From Acidobacteriota bacterium (lineage in GTDB: Bacteria; Acidobacteriota; Vicinamibacteria; Vicinamibacterales; Fen-181): a stretch of DNA of 64,000 nucleotides. The position numbers and the translations under genes are program-made. Below the pieces are notes generated by a model that was not told where the DNA came from, ran no database searches, and was given only the letters and a program-made list of their open reading frames with translations. Of the stretch, positions 23,254 through 37,687 are shown one piece after another. Where the stretch lies: the NCBI GenBank assembly GCA_017883185.1, contig JADGOB010000007.1:1000-64999 (forward strand), given 5' to 3'. Position 1 is the first letter of the stretch, and each line of letters begins with the position of its first letter.

Positions 23254-25020
23254 ATGTTCGACCAGCTTGGTGAGTGGACGCGGACGGACACGTGCGGCGC
23301 GTTGCGGGCGTCGGATATCGGGCGCGAGGTGACGCTGCTCGGGTGGGTGCACCGGGTCCGCGATCTCGGTGCCCTGGTGTTTCTCGACGTGCGCGATCGC
23401 TACGGCCTGACGCAGATCGTGGTGCAGGAAGGGCACGCATTCCTGGACACGGCCAAGCATCTCCGCGCCGAGTTCGTGGTCGCCGTGAGGGGCGTCGTCC
23501 GCGCCCGCGCCCCTGAGGCGCTGAACCCACGCATGGCGACCGGCGAGGTCGAGGTGGCCGTCGCGGAACTGCGCGTCCTGAACGAGGCGGCCGTCCCGCC
23601 GTTCCAGATTTCAGACGAGGCGGCGCTCGCCTCGGACGACCTCCGGCTGCGGTATCGCTACCTGGACCTTCGGCGGCCGAAACTGCAGGCGAACCTGGGC
23701 CTCCGTCACCGCGTGACGATGGCGGTCAGGCGCTATTTCGACGAGCAGGGGTTCTGGGAGATCGAAACGCCCGTCCTGGGGAAGTCCACGCCCGAAGGCG
23801 CGCGCGACTACCTGGTGCCGAGCCGCGTGCACCCCGGGGAGTACTACGCGCTGCCGCAGTCGCCCCAGATCTTCAAGCAGCTGCTGATGATTGCCGGCAC
23901 CGATCGCTACTTCCAGATCGTCAAGTGCTTCCGCGACGAGGACCTTCGCGCCGACCGCCAGCCCGAGTTCACGCAGGTTGACGTCGAGATGTCGTTCGCG
24001 CGGCCGCAACTCGTGTTCGACCTGATCGAGCCGCTGATGCAGCAGGTCTTCCGCGTCATCGGTCGTGAGATCCCGACGCCGTTCCGTCGGATGCGGTATG
24101 CCGAGGCGATGGCCCGCTACGGCTCCGACAAGCCGGACCTGCGCTGCGGTCTCGAGATCCAGGACCTGTCGGCCGCGTTTGCCGAGACGACGTTCACGCC
24201 GTTCCGCGACGCGCTGGCAGCCGGCGGCGCGGTGCGCGGGTTCGTGGTGCCGGGCGGCGCGAAGTACAGCCGGAAACAGCTCGACACGCTCACCGAGCAG
24301 GCGCGGCAGGCGGGAGCCTCGGGCCTCGTCTGGGTCCGCCAGGCCGAGGACGGTGTGAAGAGCCCGGCCTTGAAAGGCGCGGGCGAGGCGGCGCTCCGCC
24401 TGGCGCTCGAGCGTGCCGGAGCAGCGGCCCAGGATTTGCTGCTGCTGGCGGCGGGCGCGGCAGACCAGGCGTCGAAGGTCCTGGGCCAGTTGCGGCTGGC
24501 GGTGGCAAGGGGCGAGGGGCTGCTGAAGCCCGACACGTTCGCATTCACGTGGGTGACCGATTTTCCGATGTTCGAGTGGGACGAAGACGAGAAGCGCTTC
24601 TCGGCCATGCATCACCCGTTCACCTCGCCCGTCCCCGAAGACGTCGCCCGGGTCGAAAGCGACCCCGGCAGCGTGCGGGCGCAGGCCTACGACCTCGTGC
24701 TCAACGGGAGCGAGATTGGCGGTGGCAGCATCCGGATTCATGACGCGTCCGTGCAGGCCAGGGTCTTCAAGGCGATCGGCCTGACCGACGAGGAAGCGAA
24801 GCATCGGTTCGGGTTCTTCCTCCAGGCGCTCAGCTACGGGACGCCCCCCCACGGCGGTATCGCGCTGGGCCTGGACCGGATCGTGGCGATCCTGGCGGGG
24901 GAGTCGTCGATTCGCGAGGTGATCGCGTTCCCGAAGACGGCGGCCGCCGTGGATCAGATGACGGGCGCGCCGACGGAAGTGGACGACCGGCAGCTCAGGG
25001 AACTGCATCTGAAGAAGTGA
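23254..25020 (+). CDS. aspS: Aspartyl-tRNA synthetase
   Basis: [46 protein letters not shown]. Confidence 0.98.
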   Translation: MFDQLGEWTRTDTCGALRASDIGREVTLLGWVHRVRDLGALVFLDVRDRYGLTQIVVQEGHAFLDTAKHLRAEFVVAVRGVVRARAPEALNPRMATGEVEVAVAELRVLNEAAVPPFQISDEAALASDDLRLRYRYLDLRRPKLQANLGLRHRVTMAVRRYFDEQGFWEIETPVLGKSTPEGARDYLVPSRVHPGEYYALPQSPQIFKQLLMIAGTDRYFQIVKCFRDEDLRADRQPEFTQVDVEMSFARPQLVFDLIEPLMQQVFRVIGREIPTPFRRMRYAEAMARYGSDKPDLRCGLEIQDLSAAFAETTFTPFRDALAAGGAVRGFVVPGGAKYSRKQLDTLTEQARQAGASGLVWVRQAEDGVKSPALKGAGEAALRLALERAGAAAQDLLLLAAGAADQASKVLGQLRLAVARGEGLLKPDTFAFTWVTDFPMFEWDEDEKRFSAMHHPFTSPVPEDVARVESDPGSVRAQAYDLVLNGSEIGGGSIRIHDASVQARVFKAIGLTDEEAKHRFGFFLQALSYGTPPHGGIALGLDRIVAILAGESSIREVIAFPKTAAAVDQMTGAPTEVDDRQLRELHLKK

Positions 25021-25044
25021 GAGCCCAGACTTTTTCTGGGACGT

Positions 25045-25073
25045 TTGACGCCCTCCGGCCCCTGTGGTACGAT
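25045..25073 (+). promoter_or_regulatory. Sigma70 promoter for the phoH-ybeY-corC-era operon
   Basis: TTGACG-17 nt-TACGAT with extended TG; preceded by hairpin cccaga-ctttt-tctggg. Confidence 0.65.
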
Positions 25074-25127
25074 GACGAGCTTAAGTGTCTCTGCAGGAAG
25101 GAGATACGTACCGCATTGCGGTCTTCG

Positions 25128-26099
25128 ATGAGAAAGATTGCGGTCCCCGAAGAGGGGATTGAAACCCTGTTTGGTTCTTACGACGAGAACCTCCGCGTCC
25201 TCGAGTCCCTTCTCAATGTGAGCATCCGTACTCAGGGCCAGGATCTCCTGGTCGAGGGGGATGCGGCCAACACCGAGAAAGTCGAGCGAATCGTGTCCGG
25301 GCTCGCGTCGCTGGTCCGCGATGGCTACCGCGTCGCGAATGGCGACGTGAGGACGGCAGCCCAGCTGGTGTCCGACAACACCGACGTCCAGCTGCGCGAC
25401 TATTTCCTGAAAAGCGCGCCGCTGCGCGCGTCCGGCAAGCGGCAGGTGACGCCGAAGAGCGTCAACCAGCGGAAGTACGTCGACGCGATCGACCAGAACG
25501 ACATCGTGTTCGGCATCGGCCCGGCCGGAACCGGTAAGACGTACCTGGCGATGGCGCAGGCGGTCGCCTACCTGCTGGCGAAGAAGGTCGTGCGGATCAT
25601 CCTGGCGCGACCGGCGGTCGAGGCGGGTGAGAAGCTCGGCTTCCTGCCGGGCGACCTGCAGGAGAAGGTCAACCCGTATCTGCGCCCGCTCTACGACGCG
25701 CTCTACGACATGCTCGACGCCGAGCGCGTGGAGCGCCTGCTGGAGCGCGGGACCATCGAGATTGCCCCGATCGCCTTCATGCGCGGGCGGACGCTGAACG
25801 ACGCGTTCGTCATTCTCGACGAGGCGCAGAACACCACGTCGGAGCAGATGAAGATGTTCCTGACCCGTCTCGGGCTCGGGTCGAAGGCGGTCGTCACCGG
25901 CGACATCACTCAGATCGATCTGCCGTCGGGGCACACCTCCGGGCTCATCGAGGCGATGAAGGTGGTGTCGCAGATCGAGGGGATCTCGTTCGTCCACTTC
26001 GACGACCGCGATGTCGTCCGCCACAAGCTGGTGCAGCAGATTGTCAGGGCCTACGAGAAGTTCTCGAACGGGAACGGATCCCAGCGCCGCGTCTCGTGA
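25128..26099 (+). CDS. phoH: PhoH-like ATPase (YbeZ)
   Basis: [37 protein letters not shown]. Confidence 0.95.
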   Translation: MRKIAVPEEGIETLFGSYDENLRVLESLLNVSIRTQGQDLLVEGDAANTEKVERIVSGLASLVRDGYRVANGDVRTAAQLVSDNTDVQLRDYFLKSAPLRASGKRQVTPKSVNQRKYVDAIDQNDIVFGIGPAGTGKTYLAMAQAVAYLLAKKVVRIILARPAVEAGEKLGFLPGDLQEKVNPYLRPLYDALYDMLDAERVERLLERGTIEIAPIAFMRGRTLNDAFVILDEAQNTTSEQMKMFLTRLGLGSKAVVTGDITQIDLPSGHTSGLIEAMKVVSQIEGISFVHFDDRDVVRHKLVQQIVRAYEKFSNGNGSQRRVS

Positions 26100-26662
26100 T
26101 CGAATCGACCATGCCTGACGACGCCGACTCTCGTCGCCTTCGCGTCGCCCTCACGGACGGGGCTGGCCGCCCGATCCGCGCTGGCGCCCTTGCCGCCTGG
26201 TTGCGGGGCGTGGCGCCGGCGCGCGCCCGCGGCGTGGTCACGATCGCGCTGGTCACTGATGCGACCATGCGCCGGCTGAACCGGCGTTTCGCCGGCTCGG
26301 ACCGCACGACCGACGTGCTGTCGTTTCCCGCGGACATGTGTCCCTCATGCCCGAAGTCTTCGACGTCGGGGAAGAGAAATGAGCCTCTTTGGTTCCGGCT
26401 CGACCGGGTTATGGTTCCCGGGCGCACGGACCTTCAACCGCTGGGCGACATCGTCATCGCCACCGGGGTCGCGATGCGGCAGGCACGCGACGCGGGCCAC
26501 GCGTATTCACGCGAGCTCCGCGTGCTCGCGCTCCACGGGCTGCTCCACCTGCTGGGATACGATCACCACGCGGACGACGGCGCCATGGCGCGCGTCGAGG
26601 CGCGCCTGCGGCGCAAGGGTGGTCTGACCGCCGGGTTGATCGAGCGGGCGGGACAGGCATGA
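26096..26662 (+). CDS. ybeY: Endoribonuclease YbeY with repeat-derived loop insertion
   Basis: [24 protein letters not shown]; exact start uncertain. Confidence 0.92.
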   Translation: MIESTMPDDADSRRLRVALTDGAGRPIRAGALAAWLRGVAPARARGVVTIALVTDATMRRLNRRFAGSDRTTDVLSFPADMCPSCPKSSTSGKRNEPLWFRLDRVMVPGRTDLQPLGDIVIATGVAMRQARDAGHAYSRELRVLALHGLLHLLGYDHHADDGAMARVEARLRRKGGLTAGLIERAGQA

Positions 26663-27903
26663 TCCCCCTCGTGCTATTCCTGCTCGCCTGTGCGCTGGCC
26701 TACATTGGGACGGTCCAGGCCGCGTTCAGCGCCCTGATGCGCCTCTCGTTGCGACTCGTCGCCGAGCGGAACGGCCGCGCGGAGATGCTGGGCCGCTACC
26801 TCGACGACCCCCTCCTGTTCTTCGTCCCCGCGCGCCTGTTCATCGGGGCGTCGGCGATCTGCTCGGTGGTCCTCCTGGTTCGGCTGATCGGGGCGGACAC
26901 GCCTCAGCAGGTCCTGGCCGTCGTGGTGTTCGCCACCGGCCTGCTCATCGCTTGCGAGCACGTTATCCCGTTGCTGATTGTCCGTCGCGACCCGGAGCGC
27001 GTACTCGAGGTCCTGTTGCCGTCGTTCGCCGCCACGGCGCGCCTTGTCCAGCCGCTGACCGCTGCCATGGTACGGCTTGGCGTGATGCGACGGGAGCGTG
27101 CGGTGACGTCGTCGCCTGACGCCGATGAGCAGCAGGGCGAGGCGGCGCAGGCGTACATCGAGGCGGGCGAGCAGGAAGGACTGATCGAGGGCGACGAGCG
27201 CCGGCTGATCCAGTCGATCGTCGATTTCGGCGACACCCTCGTCCGGGAGGTCATGACGCCTCGCCCCGACATCGTCGCCATTCGCGCGGAGGCGACGCTC
27301 GGAGAACTGCGGACGCTCCTGCGCGAACAGGCGTACTCCCGCGTCCCGGTCTTCAAGGACAGCCTCGACAACGTGCTGGGGTTCGTGTTCGTCAAGGACC
27401 TGATCCACCTGACCGGCGCGGAAGAGCGGGCGATCCCGACGCTGATGCGGCCGGCCCATTTCGTACCCGAGACCAAGCCGGTCGCGGACCTGCTCAAGGA
27501 GTTCCAGCGGCGGCAGGTGCAGATCGCGATCGTCGTGGACGAGTACGGCGGGACTGCGGGGCTCGTCACGCTCGAAGATCTCCTCGAGGAGATCGTCGGC
27601 GAGATCCGCGATGAGTACGACGAGGAGTCGGAGCCGATCACCGATGAAGGCGAAGGCGTCTTCGCCTTCAGCGGCAAGGTCGATATCGACGAACTGGCCG
27701 ACCGCCTCGGCGTCGAGATCGCGCGCGAGGGGTTCGAGACGGTTGGCGGGTACCTCCTGTCGCGGCTCGGTCGTGTGCCGGCCGTGGGCGAGCAACTCGA
27801 CGTGGACGACCTCGCGATCGAGGTGCTCGAGGCCGAGCGCCGCCGGGTCAACAAGGTGCGGGTCCGGAAACGGGAAACCGTCCCCGACAGGACCGAAGAA
27901 TAG
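26659..27903 (+). CDS. CNNM/CBS/CorC hemolysin-family protein
   Basis: N-terminal TMs, VREVMTPR, SRVPV, VDEYGGTAGLVTLEDLLEEIVGEI. Confidence 0.92.
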   Translation: MIPLVLFLLACALAYIGTVQAAFSALMRLSLRLVAERNGRAEMLGRYLDDPLLFFVPARLFIGASAICSVVLLVRLIGADTPQQVLAVVVFATGLLIACEHVIPLLIVRRDPERVLEVLLPSFAATARLVQPLTAAMVRLGVMRRERAVTSSPDADEQQGEAAQAYIEAGEQEGLIEGDERRLIQSIVDFGDTLVREVMTPRPDIVAIRAEATLGELRTLLREQAYSRVPVFKDSLDNVLGFVFVKDLIHLTGAEERAIPTLMRPAHFVPETKPVADLLKEFQRRQVQIAIVVDEYGGTAGLVTLEDLLEEIVGEIRDEYDEESEPITDEGEGVFAFSGKVDIDELADRLGVEIAREGFETVGGYLLSRLGRVPAVGEQLDVDDLAIEVLEAERRRVNKVRVRKRETVPDRTEE

Positions 27904-27905
27904 CG

Positions 27906-28802
27906 ATGCGCTGTGGCTTCGTCGCATTGATCGGGCGTCCGAACGTCGGCAAGTCCACGTTGCTCAACCGGCTCGTGGGCACGAAGCTCGCGATTGTCTC
28001 CGACAAGCCACAGACCACGCGAACTCGCATTACCGGCGTCCGCAACTACGACGATGGGCAGGCGATCTTCCTCGATACGCCGGGCATCCACCGGCCCACG
28101 CACCGGATGAACGTGCGCATGGTGGACGCCGCCGTCGAAGGGATCCGGCAGGCGGATATCCTGGCGCTGGTCACCGACGCCACGGACGCCCGGGCGGGGG
28201 GCGGCGAGCGGTTCATCCTGGAGCAGGTGCGGCAGGCGACCGCGCCGGTGGCGCTGGTGATCAACAAGGTGGATCTGGTCGCCCGTCCTGCGCTGCTGCC
28301 GCTCATCGACATCTGGCGGCAGCGCCACCCGTTTGCCGACATCGTGCCGGTCTCCGCGCTGACGGGTGAGAACGTGGACCGCCTCGAGCGGGTCATCCTC
28401 GAGCACCTGCCCGTGGGCGACCCGATCTATCCGACCGACTACCTGACGGACCAGCCGGAACGGTTCTTCGTGTCGGAAACCGTGCGCGAGAAGGTGCTCG
28501 GCCTCACGCACGCGGAGATCCCGTTCTCGAGTGCGGTCGTGGTGGACCGGTTCGAGGAGGCGAACGAGCATGGGCTCATGCGGTTCTACTGCTCGATCCT
28601 CGTCGAGCGCGAGTCGCAGAAACCGATCCTGATTGGCCGCGGCGGTGAGATGATCAAGCGGATCGGGACCGCCGCCCGGCACGATCTCGAAGCGTTCTTC
28701 GATGCCCGCGTCTACCTCGACCTGCTCGTGAAGGTCAAGTCGGAGTGGCGTGAGGACGACCGCCTGCTCGACGAACTGGGAATGCCGCGGCGCCAGCGAT
28801 AG
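27906..28802 (+). CDS. era: GTPase Era
   Basis: GRPNVGKSTL, KPQTTR, DTPG, NKVD, KH domain. Confidence 0.97.
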   Translation: MRCGFVALIGRPNVGKSTLLNRLVGTKLAIVSDKPQTTRTRITGVRNYDDGQAIFLDTPGIHRPTHRMNVRMVDAAVEGIRQADILALVTDATDARAGGGERFILEQVRQATAPVALVINKVDLVARPALLPLIDIWRQRHPFADIVPVSALTGENVDRLERVILEHLPVGDPIYPTDYLTDQPERFFVSETVREKVLGLTHAEIPFSSAVVVDRFEEANEHGLMRFYCSILVERESQKPILIGRGGEMIKRIGTAARHDLEAFFDARVYLDLLVKVKSEWREDDRLLDELGMPRRQR

Positions 28803-28811
28803 ATCGCATTC

Positions 28812-28851
28812 TCCCTTATGCGCGCAGTCTTCGACGTCGGGGAAAAGAAAT
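28812..28851. repeat. Dispersed 40-nt repeat
   Basis: 36/40 identical to 26341-26380 inside ybeY. Confidence 0.8.
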
Positions 28852-28928
28852 CGTGGCAAGGCCGATGTGTTCATCGGCGGTTCGGTCCCGCCCTTCATGG
28901 TAAAGTAAGGAGTTTGGCGCGCGCAGTC

Positions 28929-29696
28929 ATGCCTCTCTATAAGACCGAGGCGTTGATCCTGCGGACCTACAAGCTGGGGGAGGCGGATCGCATCGTCGTG
29001 TTCCTGACCCGCGATCGCGGGAAGAAGCGCGGCGTGGCGAACGGCGCACGCCGCCCGCGATCCAGGTTTGCGGGTGCCCTCGAGCCGCTCACGCGGGTCG
29101 GCGTCACGTACTACGAACGCGAGCAACGCGACCTGGTCCGCCTGAGCTACGCCGAGTCGCAATGCTCGCCGCTGCTCGCGACGCGGCCGGACGCCCTGAG
29201 CCACGTCGGCTATTTCGCGGAACTGATGGACGAGTGGGCCCAGGAAGGCGATCCGAACGAGCGGCTGTATCGCCTGGGAACGTCCACGCTCGAAGCGCTG
29301 GCGGAAGGCGTGCCGACGCCGCCAGTGGCCCGGTATTTCGAGTACTGGCTGCTTCGCCTCCAGGGCGTGTACCCTCCGCATGTCGCCTGCCATCGTTGCG
29401 GCGTGGCGCTCGACGGCGAGCCGGCGGGCGCCTGCCTCGAACCGGGCGGCCACGTGTTCACGTGTCACGGGTGCGCCGGGAGCGCGGGGCGCGAGGAAGG
29501 GCGCGGCGTGACGCTGTCTCCCGAGGCGCTGAGGTTCCTGGCGGCGTCTGGGCGGGTGGCCCCTCAGCGGCTCGGGACAGTACCCCTGTTGCCACGGGTC
29601 GATCGGGAACTGGAGTCGGTCCATCAGGCGCTGATGCGCCTGCACCTGGAGAAGGAACTGCGGTCGACCCGGGTCCTGCGCGACCTGCGCCGTTGA
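28929..29696 (+). CDS. recO: DNA repair protein RecO
   Basis: [17 protein letters not shown]...CHGC zinc finger; follows era. Confidence 0.93.
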   Translation: MPLYKTEALILRTYKLGEADRIVVFLTRDRGKKRGVANGARRPRSRFAGALEPLTRVGVTYYEREQRDLVRLSYAESQCSPLLATRPDALSHVGYFAELMDEWAQEGDPNERLYRLGTSTLEALAEGVPTPPVARYFEYWLLRLQGVYPPHVACHRCGVALDGEPAGACLEPGGHVFTCHGCAGSAGREEGRGVTLSPEALRFLAASGRVAPQRLGTVPLLPRVDRELESVHQALMRLHLEKELRSTRVLRDLRR

Positions 29697-29715
29697 TCGA
29701 GCCGCGACGGATGGC

Positions 29716-30606
29716 ATGACGTTTCAAGACCTCATTTTCAAGCTCTCGGAATTCTGGGCCTCGCACGGCTGCCTCATTCAGCAGCCGATCGACATCGAGG
29801 TCGGGGCCGGGACGTCCCATGTCGAGACGTTCCTGCGGGTTCTCGGCCCGCGCCACTGGAACGTTGCCTACGTGCAGCCGTCGCGCCGGCCCGACGATGG
29901 TCGCTTCGGCGAGAACCCGAACCGGCTGTTCAAGCACCACCAGTTCCAGGTGATCCTCAAGCCGGCACCCGACGAGGTGCAGCAGATCTACCTGCAGAGC
30001 CTCGAGGCGTGCGGCATCGATCCGCGCCAGCACGACATCCGCTTCGAGGAGGACAACTGGGAGTCTCCGACGCTCGGCGCGTGGGGCGTCGGCTGGCAGG
30101 TGATGCTCGACGGGCAGGAGATCACGCAGTTCACCTATTTCCAGCAGGTGGGCGGGATCGACCTCTCGCCGATCTCGGCGGAGCTCACCTACGGGCTCGA
30201 GCGGATCGCGATGTTCCTGCAGAAGGTGGACAGCGTCTTCGACGTGCAGTGGGCGCCCGGCGTGACCTACCGCGACGTGCGGTTGAGCGACGAGATCGAG
30301 CAGTCGAAGTACGCCTTCGGCCAGGTGGACATGCCCCGCGAGGAGTTCGTGGCGTTCCATCGCGACCTGTTCGACCGGCACCACGCCTTCGCGCAGACGC
30401 TCCTGAAATCGAACCTGGTGCTGCCGGCGTACGAGCAGTGCCTGAAGTGCTCGCACCTGTTCAACATTCTCGACTCGTCGGGCGGCGTCGGCGTGACCGA
30501 GCGGACCGCGTACATTCTGAAAGTGCGGCAACTGGCGGTGGGCGTGGCGCAGGCGCATGTCGAGGCGATGAAGCCCCCGGTCACGGCGGATACGGCAACG
30601 ACCTAG
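29716..30606 (+). CDS. glyQ: Glycyl-tRNA synthetase alpha subunit
   Basis: [42 protein letters not shown]. Confidence 0.97.
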   Translation: MTFQDLIFKLSEFWASHGCLIQQPIDIEVGAGTSHVETFLRVLGPRHWNVAYVQPSRRPDDGRFGENPNRLFKHHQFQVILKPAPDEVQQIYLQSLEACGIDPRQHDIRFEEDNWESPTLGAWGVGWQVMLDGQEITQFTYFQQVGGIDLSPISAELTYGLERIAMFLQKVDSVFDVQWAPGVTYRDVRLSDEIEQSKYAFGQVDMPREEFVAFHRDLFDRHHAFAQTLLKSNLVLPAYEQCLKCSHLFNILDSSGGVGVTERTAYILKVRQLAVGVAQAHVEAMKPPVTADTATT

Positions 30607-30654
30607 GGCGGGCTTTGCGGCCCGCCGTTCCCGGCGACAGGACCGACGACTATT

Positions 30655-32880
30655 GTGGATCGCGAGCTGTTGATCGAAATCGGAATCGAGGAACTGCCAG
30701 CCTCCTGGCTGCCGTCGCTGACGCGTCAGTTCGGCGACCACCTCGGCGCCCGCCTGGCCGCCCTGCGGCTGCCCCCCGATGCTCCCGTCGAGACGTTCAG
30801 CACGGCGCGCCGGCTCACGGCGCGCGTCGCGCGGATGCCCGAGCGGCAGACCGACCTCGAAGAGATGATGAACGGCCCCGCCGTCACGGCTGCCTTCAGG
30901 CCGGACGGGGAGCCGACGCCCGCCGCCATCGGGTTCGCGCGCAAGCACGGCGTCGAGGTCTCGGCGCTCGACCGCGTCGACACGCCAAAGGGCACGTACC
31001 TGGCCTACCGTCGGCAGCAGCGCGGTCGCGCGGCGGTGGACGTCCTGCCGGATGTGCTGGCCGGGGTCCTGCGCGACATGGCGTTCCCCAAGCAGATGCA
31101 CTGGGACGCGTGGCTCGAGGATGGCCGCGGCGAACTGCTGTTCGGCCGCCCGATCCGCTGGATCCTCTTCCTCTTCGGCGGCCGGGTAGTGCCGTTCACG
31201 ATTCGCCGCAGCGAGGCCGCGCAATCCGGGCTGGTGCAGGAAGTCCGTTCGGCGGCTGTCACCTACGGCCACCGGTTCCTCACCACGAGCGGTCGCGCCG
31301 GCCGGGCCATCAAGGTGCGGTCGTTCGACGAGTACCGCACGAAACTGGTCGAGAGCTTCGTGCTACTGGAGCGCGGCGAGCGCCACGACAAGATCGCGCG
31401 CGAACTCGATGCCCACGCGCAGCGCCTGGGCGGCAGGGTCAGCAGCGTGGCGGCCACCCGGTCCGGTCTCCTGCAGGAGGTGCCCGACCTGGTCGAGTAC
31501 CCGGCGGTGGTCGCAGGCACCTTCGCGGGTGAGTTCCTCACCCTGCCCGAGGAGGTGCTGACGACGACGATGATCCACCACCAGCACTTCTTCCCGGTGG
31601 TGAACGCGGCCGGGCGCCTGATGTCTGCATTTCTCGCCGTGACGAACACGCAGGCCGACTCGTCGCGCGCCATCGCCCGCAACTGCGAGCGCGTGCTGAC
31701 CGCCCGGTTACGTGACGCGCGGTTCTTCTTCGACGCCGATCGGCGGTTGCGCCTCGAAGACCGTCTCCCGACGCTGGCCACCGTCCTCTTCCACAAGAAA
31801 CTCGGGAGCTATCACGCGAAGGCGATGCGCCTCGAGCGCCTGTCCCGGTGGCTGACGGCCGACGTGTTCGGGAAGCCGGACCTGGCCGACCAGTCCGCTA
31901 CAGCGGGGCGGCTGGCGAAGGCCGATCTCGTCACCGACATGGTGCGGGAGCTGACCGAGCTCCAGGGGACGATGGGCGGGATCTACGCGCGCGAGGAAGG
32001 GCTGCCGGAGCCGGTCTGGCGCGCCATCTACCATCAGTACCTGCCCGCGGCCACGGAGGCCGACGCGCCGCCCTCGCGCGGAGACCTCGGAGTGGCGGCC
32101 GTCACGTGGGCCGCGCTCTCGGTGGCCGACAAGGTCGATACCCTGGTCTCGCTCTTTGCGGCCGGCGAACGGCCCACCGGCACCCGCGATCCGTTCGGCC
32201 TGCGCCGCCAGGCTCACGGCCTGCTGAAGGTGCTGGTCGATTTGCCGGAACTCACCGGTCTCGAGGTGTGTGTGGACCTCGCGGCCCTGCGGACCGAAGC
32301 GCGGGCCGCGCTCGAGTCGCTCGCGGAACCCGGCGTGCGGCTGGCTGCGGCCGGGCGCGAGGAGACCGGCGAGCTGACGACGTTCCTAGCCGAACGGCTC
32401 CGCTACCTGTTCCAGCAGCGCGGTTTCACCTACGATGAGGTGAACGCGATTGCCGGCTCCCGGCGTGGCTTCGTGGACGTGCCCCACGATGCGCGCCTGC
32501 GCCTCGAGGCGCTGCGCCGCGTCCGGACGTCCCCGGATTTCGAGGCGCTGGCCGTGGCGTTCAAGCGCGTGAAGAACCTGTCACGCGAGTTGAAGTCGGG
32601 TCCCGTGGAAACGCTCGACCGCCTGTCGGAACCCGCGGAGCGCGCGCTGCTCGACGAGTTCCGGTCGCGCGGCGAACTGGTGCGGCTGGCGGCGGGTCGT
32701 CGTGATTACCTCGAGGCGTTCCGCCTGGCCTCCCTCTTCCGCCCGGCCGTGGACCGCTTCTTCACGGACGTGTTCGTGATGGTCGATGACGTGGCGCTGC
32801 GCGAGCAGCGGCTCACCCTGATCTGGCGCCTCCACGAGCTGATACTGGAGCTGGCGGATCTGTCGGAAATCGTTCCTTAA
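30655..32880 (+). CDS. glyS: Glycyl-tRNA synthetase beta subunit
   Basis: LLIEIGIEELP, RPIRW, ARLRDARFF, ELQGTMG, DPFGLRR. Confidence 0.96.
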   Translation: MDRELLIEIGIEELPASWLPSLTRQFGDHLGARLAALRLPPDAPVETFSTARRLTARVARMPERQTDLEEMMNGPAVTAAFRPDGEPTPAAIGFARKHGVEVSALDRVDTPKGTYLAYRRQQRGRAAVDVLPDVLAGVLRDMAFPKQMHWDAWLEDGRGELLFGRPIRWILFLFGGRVVPFTIRRSEAAQSGLVQEVRSAAVTYGHRFLTTSGRAGRAIKVRSFDEYRTKLVESFVLLERGERHDKIARELDAHAQRLGGRVSSVAATRSGLLQEVPDLVEYPAVVAGTFAGEFLTLPEEVLTTTMIHHQHFFPVVNAAGRLMSAFLAVTNTQADSSRAIARNCERVLTARLRDARFFFDADRRLRLEDRLPTLATVLFHKKLGSYHAKAMRLERLSRWLTADVFGKPDLADQSATAGRLAKADLVTDMVRELTELQGTMGGIYAREEGLPEPVWRAIYHQYLPAATEADAPPSRGDLGVAAVTWAALSVADKVDTLVSLFAAGERPTGTRDPFGLRRQAHGLLKVLVDLPELTGLEVCVDLAALRTEARAALESLAEPGVRLAAAGREETGELTTFLAERLRYLFQQRGFTYDEVNAIAGSRRGFVDVPHDARLRLEALRRVRTSPDFEALAVAFKRVKNLSRELKSGPVETLDRLSEPAERALLDEFRSRGELVRLAAGRRDYLEAFRLASLFRPAVDRFFTDVFVMVDDVALREQRLTLIWRLHELILELADLSEIVP

Positions 32881-32940
32881 CTCGAATTGAATCGGTGATT
32901 CAGTTCTTCCTTCATCCCTCATTATTGGAGTCCCAAGGCG

Positions 32941-35750
<2,810 letters not shown>

Positions 35751-35751
<1 letters not shown>

Positions 35752-35829
35752 TAGGGGCGACCGCGTCAACGTCGGGGCACTCGTGGCCCCGCAACAACCA
35801 CGTAGGGGCGGCCGGCAGGTCGCCTCTAC
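35751..35829. repeat. Pair of GTAG-type REP-like palindromes
   Basis: gtaggggcg...gccccgc and gtaggggcggcc...ggtcgcctctac. Confidence 0.6.
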
Positions 35830-35843
35830 GCATATGTGGCCTC

Positions 35844-37667
35844 ATGGGTAAGGTGCATCGTCTTTCGGCGGAACTTGCCAACCAGATCGCCGCCGGCGAG
35901 GTGGTCGAGCGGCCGGCGTCTGTCGTCAAGGAGCTGGTCGAGAACGCGATTGACGCGGGCGCGTCGCGCGTGGCGATCGAGTGTGAGCTGGGTGGCAAGA
36001 AACTGATTCGGGTGGAAGACAACGGGACCGGGATGGACCCGGAGGACGCGCAGTTGGCGCTCGACCGGCATGCGACGAGCAAGATCTCGAGGTCCGAGGA
36101 CCTCGCGGCGATCCTGACGCACGGGTTCCGCGGCGAGGCGCTGCCGAGCATCGCGTCGGTGTCGCACCTGGCGCTTCGTACGCGGCTGGCAGACTCGCCG
36201 GGCGGCACCGAGATTCGGGTGAATGGCGGGACGGTGTCGTCGGTGCGTGAAGTCGGGGCGCCGACGGGCACGAGCATCGAAGTGGCCGACCTGTTCTACA
36301 ACCTGCCCGCGCGGAGGAAGTTCCTGAAGTCGGACGGCGCCGAGTCGGCGCAGATTTCGAGGATGGTCACGCAGCTGGCCCTGGCGTACCCCGAGGTGGG
36401 ATTCACCCTGACCAGCGCGGGACGCAAGGTGATCGAGTGCCCGCCGGTTCGCGCGCTGGCCGACCGGTTCTACCAGTTGTACGGCGAGCGCGAAGACCTT
36501 GTGGACGTGGGGAAGGAGGCTGCGGGGATCCGCGTGTTCGGCCTGGTGGCGGCGCTCGCCGAGCAGGGGCCGAAGCGGGGCCCGCAGAACATCTTCGTCA
36601 ATCGCCGGATCGTCAAGGACAAGACGATCGCGCACGCGATTATCGAGGCCTACAGCGTGTCCTCGGTGAAGGAACGCAGTCCCGAGGTGCACCTGTTCAT
36701 CGAGATGGAGCCCGACCAGGTGGACGTGAACGTCCACCCGACGAAGGCCGAAGTCCGCTTCCGCAACCAATCGGCGGTGCACGAAGTCGTCAGGCGCGCG
36801 GTGGGTGCCGCGCTGGGGCAGGGACCGGCGCCGGAACTGCAACTGCGAGGCGAGACGGTCCCGGCCGTCCAGCCAGTGACCATGTCGTTCCCGGGCCTTC
36901 TCGGTGGCATCTACCCCAACCGGTGGTCGCCGGTGCCGGTCAGGGACACGACCGTCGGGATGCCCGCACCGGCCGCCTGGACGCCGCCTGTTGTCGCCGA
37001 GCCGTGCGCGGCGTCATCGGCATCGGACCCGTCGATGCCGCCCGCCTTCGCAGGCCAGGCCGAGCAGCCTCTCCAGGGTGCCATCGGCGTGCGCCCGATG
37101 ATCCCGCTCGGCCAGTTGCGCGACACGTTCATCATCGCGATCGATGACGAGGGGATCGCCATCATCGACCAGCACGTCGCACACGAGCGTGTCCTGTTCG
37201 AGCGCGTGATGCAGCGGCTCACCGACGGCCGTCTCGAGAGCCAGCTGCTGCTCGAGCCGCTGGTGGTGGAGCTGTCGGCCAGCGGCTGCCAGGTGCTGCT
37301 GTCGAGGACCGCCGAACTCGAGCGGTTCGGCTTCGAGGTGGCGGAGTTCGGTGGGAACAGCCTGCGGCTGGCCGCCGTCCCCGCCCTGCTCACGCCAGAC
37401 GAGAGTGTCGCGGCGGTGCGTGCGCTCGCCGAGGATCTCGACGGCCTCGAGCGCGGAACGACGGTGGAGGAGGCGCTCAAGCGGATCGCGGCCCTTACCG
37501 CCTGTCATGCGGCGGTGAAGGCGAACGCGCCCCTCACGCACGAGAAGATGGCGCACATCATCGAGGAACTGCGCCGCACGGCGTATTCGACCATCTGCCC
37601 GCACGGCCGCCCGGTGATGCTGCGGCTCACGAGACGTGAGATCGAGAAGAACTTCCAGAGGATCTGA
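35844..37667 (+). CDS. mutL: DNA mismatch repair protein MutL
   Basis: IAAGEVVERP, HATSKI, GFRGEAL, DQHVAHER, ACH, CPHGRP. Confidence 0.97.
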   Translation: MGKVHRLSAELANQIAAGEVVERPASVVKELVENAIDAGASRVAIECELGGKKLIRVEDNGTGMDPEDAQLALDRHATSKISRSEDLAAILTHGFRGEALPSIASVSHLALRTRLADSPGGTEIRVNGGTVSSVREVGAPTGTSIEVADLFYNLPARRKFLKSDGAESAQISRMVTQLALAYPEVGFTLTSAGRKVIECPPVRALADRFYQLYGEREDLVDVGKEAAGIRVFGLVAALAEQGPKRGPQNIFVNRRIVKDKTIAHAIIEAYSVSSVKERSPEVHLFIEMEPDQVDVNVHPTKAEVRFRNQSAVHEVVRRAVGAALGQGPAPELQLRGETVPAVQPVTMSFPGLLGGIYPNRWSPVPVRDTTVGMPAPAAWTPPVVAEPCAASSASDPSMPPAFAGQAEQPLQGAIGVRPMIPLGQLRDTFIIAIDDEGIAIIDQHVAHERVLFERVMQRLTDGRLESQLLLEPLVVELSASGCQVLLSRTAELERFGFEVAEFGGNSLRLAAVPALLTPDESVAAVRALAEDLDGLERGTTVEEALKRIAALTACHAAVKANAPLTHEKMAHIIEELRRTAYSTICPHGRPVMLRLTRREIEKNFQRI

Positions 37668-37687
37668 GGAAATCGTCGTAGCCACCG

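Noticed and set aside
21657..23273. 538-aa ORF as a gamma-CA fusion protein
   Set aside because: Artefact of the pseudogene frameshift reading into an alternate frame of hisS
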